A DNA stretch of 64,000 bases, taken from contig OZ219918.1 in NCBI GenBank assembly GCA_964291415.2, positions 128,001 to 192,000 of the forward strand, written 5' to 3'. The position numbers were made by a program, and so were the translations under genes. The notes under the pieces are model-generated. The model was not told where the DNA came from, made no database searches, and worked only from the letters and a program-made list of their open reading frames with translations. Positions within the stretch are counted from its first letter, which is position 1; each line of letters starts with the position of its first letter. This document shows positions 19,976 through 29,388 of this stretch, piece after piece. The stretch comes from Alphaproteobacteria bacterium. GTDB lineage: Bacteria > Pseudomonadota > Alphaproteobacteria > SP197.

Positions 19976-20899
19976 TCAGAAACTCTTCGCCCATGGCGCA
20001 ACACGGCGCAAAATCAGGTTCATCGACAGGAGGATCAGAACGACCACGACAACCATGAGGATGGCCATGGTCGCTGAATTGGCCCAGCGCACGTTCGCGA
20101 TCGCTTCGTCGTAGATTGCTGGCGCCAACATCCGGAACCGCGGCGTGCCGAGCAGTATCGGCAGGACAAAATCGCTCAGCACGACAGCGATGACGAGCTG
20201 CAGCCCGGCGATGATGCCGGGCAGGCTCAGGGGAATGACCACCTTCGCAAATGTTGCCGATGCGCCCGCGCCGAGACTCGTGGATGCCAGAAGAACCCGC
20301 ATGTCGATTTTCGCGATGGAGTTGGCAAGGGGCAGAATCATGAGTGGGAGGTACCGGTGGACCATGCCGATGACCATGCCGCTGACCTCGAACAGGATGT
20401 GCACGGGCCCGTCGGTCAGACCCGCCGCCTGCAACAGGTTGTTGATGAGGCCACTGTCCGCGGTGATGATCATCCAGCCGAAAACGCGCGTGATGACGCT
20501 GACAATCAGCGGGGTGTAGATGATCCACAGCAGGAGATTGCGCCTCTCTCCCGCCCACCTCACCAGAAAGAAGGCAAACGGGTAGCCGATGGCGAGGGTC
20601 AGCAAGGCCACTCCGACGGCGACAAGAATGCTGTTGCCGAACAGGCTGGCATAGTAGGTGTCGGTCAGGATTCTGACGTAGTTGTCAATGATGAAATCCT
20701 CGACCATGAGGGCGCCGGGCTCGTCCCAGTTGAAGCTGTTGCGCAGCAGGACAGCCAGCGGAAACAGAAAGAGCGGAATCAGGATGGTCAGCGCCGGAAT
20801 GAGCAGGAACCACGCAAATCGATGCTGCTGAAGAAACAGCCAACGGCTCAGGAATCCTGGTCTCGTCGCGCCCTGAGCCACCGCTGCTTGGGTCGCCAT
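19976..20899 (-). CDS. ABC permease (PotB-like)
   Basis: IGYPFA, GLINNLL, LPLMILPL and ASTSLGA...VVIPLSLPG motifs. Confidence 0.85.
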   Translation of the reverse strand: MATQAAVAQGATRPGFLSRWLFLQQHRFAWFLLIPALTILIPLFLFPLAVLLRNSFNWDEPGALMVEDFIIDNYVRILTDTYYASLFGNSILVAVGVALLTLAIGYPFAFFLVRWAGERRNLLLWIIYTPLIVSVITRVFGWMIITADSGLINNLLQAAGLTDGPVHILFEVSGMVIGMVHRYLPLMILPLANSIAKIDMRVLLASTSLGAGASATFAKVVIPLSLPGIIAGLQLVIAVVLSDFVLPILLGTPRFRMLAPAIYDEAIANVRWANSATMAILMVVVVVLILLSMNLILRRVAPWAKSF

Positions 20900-20902
20900 G
20901 GC

Positions 20903-22000
20903 TCAGGGCGCCTGGTCGGCCGGGAGCACGTAGCAACGATCAGGTGCAATATCGATGAAGACCTGGTTGCCGACCTCGAACCGCGCCGAGGCCTCGTTTG
21001 ACCGGCTGTCGAGTACGACCTGTTCGTTGCCCAGGTCTATGGCATGCCGTTGGGTGGCTCCCATGAAGCGCGCAAGCGATACGATTCCGGGATTGTTCGC
21101 GTGCACCGGTGTCGGCTGGGAGGACAGCACGATGTCCTCGGCCCGAACGTAGATGTTGACCCGTTGTCCACGACTCAAAGAGAGCGACGAGGGCACGGAC
21201 AGGACCAGTCCACAGTCCGCCCGGACAACGCTCTCGGAGCCGGCAGTTTCCATGACGCCCTTGAGGACATTGGCGGAACCGACGAACTCCAGGACAAAGG
21301 AAGATTTCGGATCCGAATAGATCTCCTGCGGGGTGCCGATCTGGAGTATCTGCCCGTCGCTCATGACAGCGATCCGGTCGGCGATCGTGAAGGCCTCCCG
21401 CTGATCGTGGGTGACGATGATGGTCGTGATTCCGAGTTGACGAAGCAGGATCGAGAGTTCCACCTGCATCTGTTCCCGCAAGTTCTTGTCAAGGGCGCTC
21501 AGGGCCTCGTCGAGGAGCAGCATGACCGGCCTGACTGCGAGTGCGCGCGCGACAGCCACGCGCTGTTGTTGCCCGCCGCTCAGTTCCGAAGGGTATCGGT
21601 CCTCCAGCCCGTCGAGTTTCAGGAGACTGACAACCTCCGCGACCCGCTCCCTGATGACGTTCGACGGCATTCGACGAATGCGCAGCCCGTAACCGATGTT
21701 GCCGGCGGTGGTCATGTGCGGGAACAGGGCATAACTCTGGAACACGATTCCGATGTTGCGGTGATTGGGAGGAATGTCGCGAAGTGATACTCCCCGCAGC
21801 CAAAGGTCGCCGCTGTCGCACGCTTCGAACCCGGCAATGACGTTCAGAAGCGTGGTCTTTCCGCATCCGCTGGGCCCGAGGAGAGCCACCATTTCGCCGC
21901 GCCTGACAGTCAAGTGGCAATCGCGGACGGCACGAACCGGACCGAAGGTCTTGTTGACACCTTCGACCTTGAGTTCGACCTCTTCCTTTCCATTCGACAT
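20903..22000 (-). CDS. ABC ATP-binding protein (PotA-like)
   Basis: GPSGCGKT, VFQSYALFPHM, LSGGQQQR and VTHDQ motifs. Confidence 0.9.
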   Translation of the reverse strand: MSNGKEEVELKVEGVNKTFGPVRAVRDCHLTVRRGEMVALLGPSGCGKTTLLNVIAGFEACDSGDLWLRGVSLRDIPPNHRNIGIVFQSYALFPHMTTAGNIGYGLRIRRMPSNVIRERVAEVVSLLKLDGLEDRYPSELSGGQQQRVAVARALAVRPVMLLLDEALSALDKNLREQMQVELSILLRQLGITTIIVTHDQREAFTIADRIAVMSDGQILQIGTPQEIYSDPKSSFVLEFVGSANVLKGVMETAGSESVVRADCGLVLSVPSSLSLSRGQRVNIYVRAEDIVLSSQPTPVHANNPGIVSLARFMGATQRHAIDLGNEQVVLDSRSNEASARFEVGNQVFIDIAPDRCYVLPADQAP

Positions 22001-22372
22001 CGATTCAGCACTCACCGTATCGGAGCCACGAACCTGCAATTCGGACGGTGGACCGGAAGGCTGATCGATTGGGAAACAGCCGATGGAGTGAAGGGACCCG
22101 GCATCATGAAGAACGACCGTCGATTACGCGAAATGAACCGCCCACCGACACGTCCGCACGCGCGGCTTTCCGCAGATTGGAAACATCTTCCAGTCTAGTC
22201 CGTGCTGGAAACACTACCAGATCGTCATCCGACATACCAAACAGGGTTCACCAGAAGCGCATCAGGGTCATTTCATATCAAGAAGTTATGCCCACTGTGG
22301 ACGGAGAGCGCGGCGACTTTCGGACAGGCGAGGTGCAAGGAAACCGCACTTGGCCCATGCCTTTGCGAGGTG

Positions 22373-22676
22373 CCGGCGGCGCCCGCTGCCGGGACTCCGT
22401 TGACTGGTCGCCCTGTCCGGTTCGGTGCCCTTCTCCGGATGTCGCCCACACAGGGCCGCTCGTTCCAGTTTGCACCCTGCCTGTGGTTGGCGCGGCTCTC
22501 CAGCCTCATGCCAGCTCTCGCAGGTGGAAGAGGCCGATGCACACAACCGAGACGCGGATTCCGATCAGTTGTCACGGAGGACAGCGATTTCCGCGACACT
22601 GTGCGACAACAGGCCTGAAGACGACGCTGTCGGCACCGGAACAACACCTGTCAGGATGTGCCCAAGCGGTGGGGGC
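22373..22676. repeat. ~300 bp non-coding direct repeat, copy 1
   Basis: Matches 24613-24916 at a constant offset of 2240, with about 6 mismatches in the first 288 bp. Confidence 0.9.
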
Positions 22677-22930
22677 AGGAGGCCCGCCGGGACCGTGCCC
22701 CCGGTGACGTCCCGCGGGCCAACACTCCATCGAGAAGCGCTCTCACCTCCAGCACTCCAAAGAGTGGACCGTCGCCAGCGCGTCGTCCCGGCCTTGTTCG
22801 TCCCTCCATCGCTGCTCATGCCCGTCGTCGCGAGGGAGATGCCGCGGCGGTTCCTCCCAATCGGGGTGAAGCCGGGACCGCTCACGGACCAGGACGATTG
22901 AAACGGCATCGCGAGTGGATCTCGATCCAC
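22677..22930. repeat. ~250 bp repeat (copy 2 of 11221-11475), retaining the 3' end of the small secreted gene
   Basis: Minus strand still reads WIEIHSRCRFNRPGP*. Confidence 0.75.
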
Positions 22931-23120
22931 CGCCTTCGGGGACTTGCCGCCGCGCTGTTGCTGGCGTTCGCGGCGCCCGCTGCGACAAGCAATGAGCTGG
23001 GCACCGCCGAGGGGGCGCAGGACATGGTGGCGCGGGCCATCGCCTACTACGACGAGATGGGAGCCGAGGCGGCGCTGGCGAAGTTCAACGCCGGTCCGGC
23101 GCCGGAGTTCCTGGACCGCG
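22925..23120 (+). pseudogene. Truncated single-Cache-domain periplasmic protein
   Basis: Signal-like LAAALLLAFAAPA followed by GTAEGAQDMVARAIAYYDEMGAEAALAKFN...FLDR, then similarity ends abruptly. Confidence 0.55.
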
Positions 23121-23192
23121 CTCTCCTGACAACCGGCTCGCCGCGTCCGTGCGACGCGCCGGCTCTCCGGGAGCCCGGGAACACAACTCCTG

Positions 23193-24227
23193 CTACGTCG
23201 CCAGGCTGTAGAGCCTCACCGGTTCGGATCGGCCGCGCAGGTCAATCGGTCCCATATCGGTGAATTCGAACTCCGTGGCGCCGGCAAGGCGGTCGACAAC
23301 GTCAGCCGAAATGAGAAGATCTCTGCCGAGTTTCCTGCAGGCGGCTTCGATTCGCGCCGTCGTGTTCACCGTATCGCCGAGGTAGACGATGTTCCGTTTC
23401 GCCAGTCCGACTTCTCCCACCACGACATTTCCCATGTGGAGGGCAGCTCGAATTCGGGGCTCGGCGCCGTAGGCCTTCACGTATGCGTCGCGACGCTCTT
23501 CCAGGACGCGGCGGATGTGATCGAAACACTGCACGCAACGTCCTCGTCCGAGCCCGCGACCTGTCGTCCACGTCACAATGATCTCGTCGCCGACATAGTC
23601 ATGAATGTCGCCCTGCGCAGCCAATATCGGTTCGGTGGCATCGCAAATGACATCGTTCAGCAGGCGGTGGAACGCGACATGGCCGATCCGCTCGGCCGTC
23701 GCGGTTGAATCCACGAGGTCGATGAACATGAACACCCGTTCTTCGACCCGGGGGTGGTGATAGTAGCCGGTGATCAACCTGATCAGCACTCCGCGACCCA
23801 GCATCCGGTCGATTCTCACAATGAAGTTGAATGTGATGCCTGCGGCGAACGAAGCTCCTATAGCGATGATGAAGTCTCTTCCCAGCCAGCCCCATCCCTC
23901 CGGCTCAACATCGAAGACGAGGAAGCTCGACTGGATCACGAGTGCAAAGACGATCAGATAGATCAAGGTGCGCAACACAAGGCTGACGATAAACGGCGAG
24001 CGATTGAGCCAATGACCCGCCGCAGCCCTGAAGAGGTGCATTTCGAACCCGGTAACGATCAGGCTTATGAGGAAACCATTGTACATCCCGATCAAGACCG
24101 ATACCGGGAAAAGGGGATTGCCCGGACCGCTCATGGCAAGACCGAATGCGCCGCCGCCAACAGTCGAACACGCGATGATGATGAACTGGACGCCGAGGGT
24201 GTTCCGGTCTGTTGAGGTCAGCTGCAT
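23193..24227 (-). CDS. Membrane-anchored class III adenylate/guanylate cyclase
   Basis: Four N-terminal TM segments; FMFIDLVDSTATAE, YVGDEI and YLGDTVNTTARIE motifs. Confidence 0.85.
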   Translation of the reverse strand: MQLTSTDRNTLGVQFIIIACSTVGGGAFGLAMSGPGNPLFPVSVLIGMYNGFLISLIVTGFEMHLFRAAAGHWLNRSPFIVSLVLRTLIYLIVFALVIQSSFLVFDVEPEGWGWLGRDFIIAIGASFAAGITFNFIVRIDRMLGRGVLIRLITGYYHHPRVEERVFMFIDLVDSTATAERIGHVAFHRLLNDVICDATEPILAAQGDIHDYVGDEIIVTWTTGRGLGRGRCVQCFDHIRRVLEERRDAYVKAYGAEPRIRAALHMGNVVVGEVGLAKRNIVYLGDTVNTTARIEAACRKLGRDLLISADVVDRLAGATEFEFTDMGPIDLRGRSEPVRLYSLAT

Positions 24228-24612
24228 GGCGGCGTGACCCCTCTCCGACGGCGAGCGATCGCTGGTCCAGCCTTGTGCCGGACTTGCCAGCCAATGCTGG
24301 ATGCGGTGAGGAGGGTTTGGCGCCAACCGCCATCGTTCGCTTTCCGGGACCGGCCGCTTGGTGGACGCACCGTCGCCGATCGTCCGCCGGGCCGTAGCCG
24401 CTTCCTCCCAGGGCAACCGCGGACGCATTGAGCCTGGTCAGTGGGGCGGGTGAGGACGACGCGTTCCATGTCCGGGGTCTCCCTGTCAGATGCGTGCACC
24501 GGACCGGACTCTAGTCACAGCGGACGGGCATCACCAACGGCTGTTGCGCAAACGAACTGGAGTATTCGCGAACTGTGCGGCACATGCTGTTCGCGCTTCG
24601 CGAATGGTGTGT

Positions 24613-24916
24613 CCGGCGGCGCCCGCTGCCGGGACTCCGTTGACTGGTCGCCCTGTCCGGTTCGGTGCCCTTCTCCGGATGTCGCCCACACAGGGCCGCT
24701 CGTTCCAGTTTGCACCCTGCCTGTGGTCGGCGCGGCTCTCCGGCCTCATGCCAGCTCTCGCAGGTGGAAGAGGCCGATGCGCACAACCGAGACGCGGATT
24801 CCGATCAGGTGTCACGGAGGACAGCGATTTCCGCGACACTGTGCGACAACAGGCCTGAAGACGACGCTGTCGGCACCGGAACAGCACGTGTCAGGATGTG
24901 TCCAAGAGATGGAGGC
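24613..24916. repeat. ~300 bp non-coding direct repeat, copy 2
   Basis: Near-identical to 22373-22676. Confidence 0.9.
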
Positions 24917-25021
24917 GCGGAGGTCACAAGGGCGTTCCTGTCTCCTGTGAGATGGCGTCCACCAATCTGGGATTACACACTGCGTCGCGCGATAGTGCGT
25001 CAAGGAATGTGGAGTACGGTC

Positions 25022-25186
25022 GTGCGCTTTCAGGAGTTTGTGGAGGACCAGGTGTTTTCGCCGACTCTCGTCGCTGAAATGCTGCGCACCACAAAGTCGG
25101 AAACCGCTGCAACGCTGTGACTGGGGAGAGACGCGTTCGCGCGCGCATCGCGGATCCGGGCACGGAAAACCCAAAGCCGCCTCCGC
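25022..25186 (+). pseudogene. Truncated copy of the Xre/MbcA antitoxin
   Basis: VRFQEFVEDQVFSPTLVAE...TL* (GGA>TGA at 25118-25120); DNA similarity to 12396-12560 stops at ~25186. Confidence 0.85.
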
Positions 25187-25189
25187 TCC

Positions 25190-25326
25190 CCTCCCAAGAG
25201 ACCGCTCCATGTGAGATCGGGTGATCCGTCGGCAAAGAGGTGGCTGACCTTGTCGGGTGTCTGGCGGGCGTGCCGCTCGATCCAGTCGCGGATCGTGCCT
25301 GACGGAGGTTCTGCCCCCGCAGTCAT
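25190..25326 (-). pseudogene. N-terminal fragment of an acyl-CoA ligase (probably SauT)
   Basis: MTAGAEPPSGTIRDWIERHARQTPDK...LTWSGL; its ATG overlaps the sauS stop (ATGA). Confidence 0.55.
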
Positions 25327-25931
25327 CGGCCGCACCCGGCCCAGTAGTCCGCGAACACGTCCTCGAGCGAAGGCTCGTCCGGAGAAATGGTCCGGACCAC
25401 CCTGGTGACGTTGAGAAAGTGCTTCCAGTGGAGGTTTTCGTCGATGGAATTGCCGCCCCAACTGCCGCAGCCCATGGAGAGCGAGAACGGGAGACCGTTG
25501 TCGAAGGAACCGCCGGTGGCGATGGCGTGGGCCTGGTTGACGATGACGCGGCAGACCGGAAGCACACGTCCCAGTTCGATGGCGCGGTCATCGCACGAGG
25601 TATGGAGCCCCACCGAGTGACCGGCTCCCGCATGTTCCAGAACGCGTGCAACGATGGCCCGTCCACGGTTTCGAGAAGTCTCCCGTGGTCGGCGTCGGCG
25701 AAGTCCCAGGCCCGTCGTCCGAACCGCGAGTTCCGCGAGCACCCGGTTGCGGCCCGGCTCCAGGAGCGCCCAGGCCGCTGCCTTGGCGGCCTTGTCGTAG
25801 CGTTCCTGGGGGGCTTGCGCCTCGAAACGCTGCTGCGCCCTCCTTGCCCGGGAAACCAGGTCATCGACGATTGCGGCGTCCTGCGCGGCCGAAGAGGGTG
25901 AGGTCGCCTTGTTCACGGGCGCATCGGTCAT
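25323..25931 (-). pseudogene. sauS: Acylating sulfoacetaldehyde dehydrogenase (SauS-like) with a large internal deletion
   Basis: N-terminal RARRAQ...LAELAVRTTGLG is joined almost directly to C-terminal GAGHSVGLH...RVIVNQAHAIATGGSFDNGLPFSLSMGCGSWG.NS. About 200 aa, less than half of a normal acylating ALDH. Confidence 0.7.
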
Positions 25932-25990
25932 GACGGCCGCCGGGAGAGCGGCGACGCGGCACCAGGGGCGAGGGCACATGTTGTCATCGC

Positions 25991-27691
25991 TCAGTCTCCG
26001 GCTTGAGATGACGGCCGCCGGGAGAGCGGCAGCACCTGTTTGCGGCAATGGCATGACGACTCGATCGCGGTGTCGCTCCGGGCAAGGGCGGCCGCCAGGA
26101 GCGGCGCCAGTTCCGCTGCCTCCGTATCCCGGCCAAGGCGCTTCAGGCACTCGTGGTAGCCGTGCAGCCCCCACACGTTGCCGCGATTCTGCAGGCAGCG
26201 CCTGCCTTCATCGTCGAGTCCGAGATCGCGCCGGTAGACCGCTTCGGCTTCCTCCACACATCCCCTTTCCAGCAACAGCGCGCCCAGGGCGTGGCGCGGC
26301 GGATGCATCCAGGGCCAGGGTTCGCTGTAGGCCAGCAGGTCGCTGCGACGCACGGCTTCCCGAAGGTGGGCGAAACCCGTCTCGTGGTCTCCCCGGTGAT
26401 AGGCCAGTTCGCCGCAGAGCATGTCCCGGGCGATCGCCATGATGTTGACCGCCGTGTCGTTGAAGAAGAGACGGGTGTCGGAGAGGTCGTTGCACCCTGA
26501 AATCAGATTGTCCAGTTGCTCCTGTGCCGCATCGAAGTTGCCGAGAGCTGCGTGCGCCACCCCCTTCGCGTAGTGGTGCATCAGGGTGGTCACCACGTAG
26601 AGTTCCGGATGGGCGGGCATGGGAAGGTCCACGATGTCGCGCCACATCCCGAAACGCACCGGCACATGGACCGCCGAGGAACAGTAGTCATCGAGGGTCT
26701 CGACCAGGTGGGGACTGTCCTGGCGGAGCAGGTCAGGCGTGACCGTACGGGACATTTCCCGCGCTGCTTCCATGGCGCTGCCGCGGTCCCCCAGCATCAT
26801 CGCCGCGCTCATCATGGCGTGGAGATCATGGCAGCGCGCGGTCGTGTAGAAGTTGTAGGGTCCCACCCGGCGCGCGTACTTGGCCCCCGCCCGCACGGCC
26901 TTGCGGCTCACCGTGACGGCGTCTGCGTAGCGACCGCACTGCAGGTAGACGTGGCACGGCATGTGGTTGAGGTGGCCGTTGTCGGGTGACAGGTGGTGCA
27001 GACTGTCGGCTGCGGTTCCGCCCAGCTCGGGGGTGCGCGACATCTCCACCACGTGGATGTACATGTGCAACACCCCGGGATGTGGCGCCTCACCGTCCTC
27101 GCCGCGTTTGCGCATGGCGGCTTCCAGCACGGCCTGAGCCTCGAGGGTGTCGGCGCCGCTGGCCGGCTCGCCGGTATCGAGATCCCAGAGCTTCCAGGGC
27201 GTGCGGGTGATCAGGGCCTCCGCGAAGAGGGCGACGACGTCCGCGTCGTCGGGAAAGCGGCGATGGGTGTCGCGCATCCGGTCGGCGAAGGCGTCGTTCC
27301 AGAGGGAAAACTCCTCCATCGGCACGATGTGGCCCTTCTGGTAGCGCGCGGGAAGGGCCTCGATGAGAGCCCGTTCGACCGGTGTCGTGCCGTCCCTCCT
27401 TGCCATCGCCGCCGCGGTGGCGGCACGGCAGGTGTCGAGCGAGTCCCTCGCTTCGGCCTCGCTCTTCCAGCACCATGGCAGATTGATGAAGGGACCGGCG
27501 GCGTAGGCCTCTCCCCAGAACGCCATGGCACAATCCGGATCGGCCCGCTGCGCTTCGCGAAAGCAGAAGATGGCTTCCTCGTGATTGAAGCCGTAGAGCC
27601 ACACCAGGCCACGGTCGAACCAGATCTGCCCCTGACGATTGCGCACGGTGATCGGCCGGGAGTACGCACCAAGATCGAAATCGTAGTCCAT
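25991..27691 (-). CDS. TPR-like protein with His-rich motifs (cytoplasmic paralog of 9382-11049)
   Basis: WFDRGL...FNHEEA, HPGVLHMYIH, GHLNHMPCH, YSEPWPWMHPPRHALG and NVWGLHG motifs. Confidence 0.8.
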   Translation of the reverse strand: MDYDFDLGAYSRPITVRNRQGQIWFDRGLVWLYGFNHEEAIFCFREAQRADPDCAMAFWGEAYAAGPFINLPWCWKSEAEARDSLDTCRAATAAAMARRDGTTPVERALIEALPARYQKGHIVPMEEFSLWNDAFADRMRDTHRRFPDDADVVALFAEALITRTPWKLWDLDTGEPASGADTLEAQAVLEAAMRKRGEDGEAPHPGVLHMYIHVVEMSRTPELGGTAADSLHHLSPDNGHLNHMPCHVYLQCGRYADAVTVSRKAVRAGAKYARRVGPYNFYTTARCHDLHAMMSAAMMLGDRGSAMEAAREMSRTVTPDLLRQDSPHLVETLDDYCSSAVHVPVRFGMWRDIVDLPMPAHPELYVVTTLMHHYAKGVAHAALGNFDAAQEQLDNLISGCNDLSDTRLFFNDTAVNIMAIARDMLCGELAYHRGDHETGFAHLREAVRRSDLLAYSEPWPWMHPPRHALGALLLERGCVEEAEAVYRRDLGLDDEGRRCLQNRGNVWGLHGYHECLKRLGRDTEAAELAPLLAAALARSDTAIESSCHCRKQVLPLSRRPSSQAGD

Positions 27692-28038
27692 TGCACACGC
27701 CTCGCGCCGCCGACTTGAAGGATGGTCCGGAGCCGGGATTTCCCACGGCAGTCCGGATGAAGTTCAAAGAAGGGTGGTCCGTCGCGGACTTCAGCCGACA
27801 CAGGACCATGCCCGGCCATTCGGCACGGGAGTGTAACGCGTTGGATTTCGGCCTTGAAGGGGCCGACACCACGCGATGCGGAAAGGGGCTGTGATCGTGC
27901 GGTACACGGCCCTTCCCCGAGACGTTCGCCCTGGATCGGGAGCGCATCGCCTGTGCCTTCGTGGTCGCGAGCCAACCGCACCATCCCAGGAAGGGCCGAG
28001 ACCGGGAGACGGACGCGTTCGGGAACAGCGGTGGCTGC

Positions 28039-29349
28039 TTATCCGGCGCCGCCGAAGGGATTGGGCATGCCGTCAGCAAAGCGGCGAAAACGGAAGGGTG
28101 TCAGATCCACGGAGGGAGTCTGGCCCGTCACGAGTTCGGCCGTCACGCGGCCCGCTCCCGGACCAATGCCGAAGCCATGGCCGCTGAACCCGGTGGAGAT
28201 ATGGAATCCGGGAATGCCGTCCACCGTGGAGATCACGGGGATGGCGTCGGGGGTGACATCGATCAGGCCGGCCCAGGTTTCCTCGATGCCGATGTCGGAA
28301 AGAGCCGGAAAGGTGCGCAACAGGTTGGAGAAGGTCTCGATGATCACGTTCCGGTAGGGCTTCGGGTTCATCACGCGGGTGGCCTCAAAGGGGCTCGTGT
28401 CGTCGAGAGTCCATCGCCTGCGGGTCACCATGTCCCGCAGGCTGTGGCGCGACAGGCGAAACTTCAGGGCATTCTTCTCGTGGCGCCACGCGGGCATGAA
28501 GTCGCTCATCCAGCGCAGCGCATCGGGGCCAAGATGGAAGTCGGCCTGGTAGCCGTGAGCCACCGAGTAGCCGCCGTCCTCACGCCGTCTCAATGCGAGA
28601 TCGTTGGCCCAGATCGCGCCTTCGAACACGGACGGCGCCGGCGTGGTCCTCATCACGTTGTTCTGGATGCGAAGCTGGGGAAGGGCGATATCGTGGTTGC
28701 CACAGAAGAGCGACGACCAGATGCCTCCGGCGAGCACCACGGTCGAGGTGGCCGTGATGCCGTGCTCCGTCACCACGCCGGCCACGCGGCCGCGCTTGAG
28801 ATCGAGACCCCGGACCGCACATCCGGTGACGATGCGTCCGCCAAGGCGTTCCGTGGCCCTGGCCAGCGCGGGGACCGCAAGGCGCGGTTCCGCGCGGCCG
28901 TCCGTCGGCGTGTGGAGGGCCGCCTTGAACGCCCCCTTCATGTCGGGAACCAGCGCCTTCAGCTCCGCTGCCGACAGCACCTTCGAGCCAATCTGGAACT
29001 CCTTGGCGTGATCGACAAACGCCTCGAAGGCAGCAATGTCATCGTCGTTCCTTGCGGTATAGAGAACGCCGTTCTGGTGAAACCCGACGTGATCGCCGAT
29101 GTCGGCTTCGATACCCCGCCAGATTCGCAAGGACTCGACAATGAGCGGCAATTCCTCGGGCGCCCGTCCCTGCTGGCGCACGAAACCCCAGTTGCGGCTC
29201 GACTGTTCTCCGGCAATCCGGCCCTTCTCGAAGAGGACGACGGGGATGTTCCGCCTGGCCAGGAAGTAGGCCGTCGACACGCCGATGATTCCGCCACCGA
29301 TCACAACGACCTCAGCCGACTCCGGTATCCGGTCGGTCCCATCGGTCAT
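28039..29349 (-). CDS. FAD-dependent oxidoreductase (D-amino-acid oxidase/DadA family)
   Basis: GGGIIG, GEQSSRNWG, WAGLIDVTPD and GFSGHGFGIGPG motifs. Confidence 0.85.
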   Translation of the reverse strand: MTDGTDRIPESAEVVVIGGGIIGVSTAYFLARRNIPVVLFEKGRIAGEQSSRNWGFVRQQGRAPEELPLIVESLRIWRGIEADIGDHVGFHQNGVLYTARNDDDIAAFEAFVDHAKEFQIGSKVLSAAELKALVPDMKGAFKAALHTPTDGRAEPRLAVPALARATERLGGRIVTGCAVRGLDLKRGRVAGVVTEHGITATSTVVLAGGIWSSLFCGNHDIALPQLRIQNNVMRTTPAPSVFEGAIWANDLALRRREDGGYSVAHGYQADFHLGPDALRWMSDFMPAWRHEKNALKFRLSRHSLRDMVTRRRWTLDDTSPFEATRVMNPKPYRNVIIETFSNLLRTFPALSDIGIEETWAGLIDVTPDAIPVISTVDGIPGFHISTGFSGHGFGIGPGAGRVTAELVTGQTPSVDLTPFRFRRFADGMPNPFGGAG

Positions 29350-29388
29350 GAAGCAGGTGTCCCCGGCAACTTCGGCACGGTGGCCGCT

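Noticed and set aside
22351-22366. Sigma54 promoter TGGC...TTGC
   Set aside because: The GG-to-GC spacing is 11 nt rather than the required 10.
27691-27990. Second possible UGA read-through ORF (...CGKGL*SCG...)
   Set aside because: No recognisable selenoprotein family or redox motif, and the upstream ORF looks spurious.
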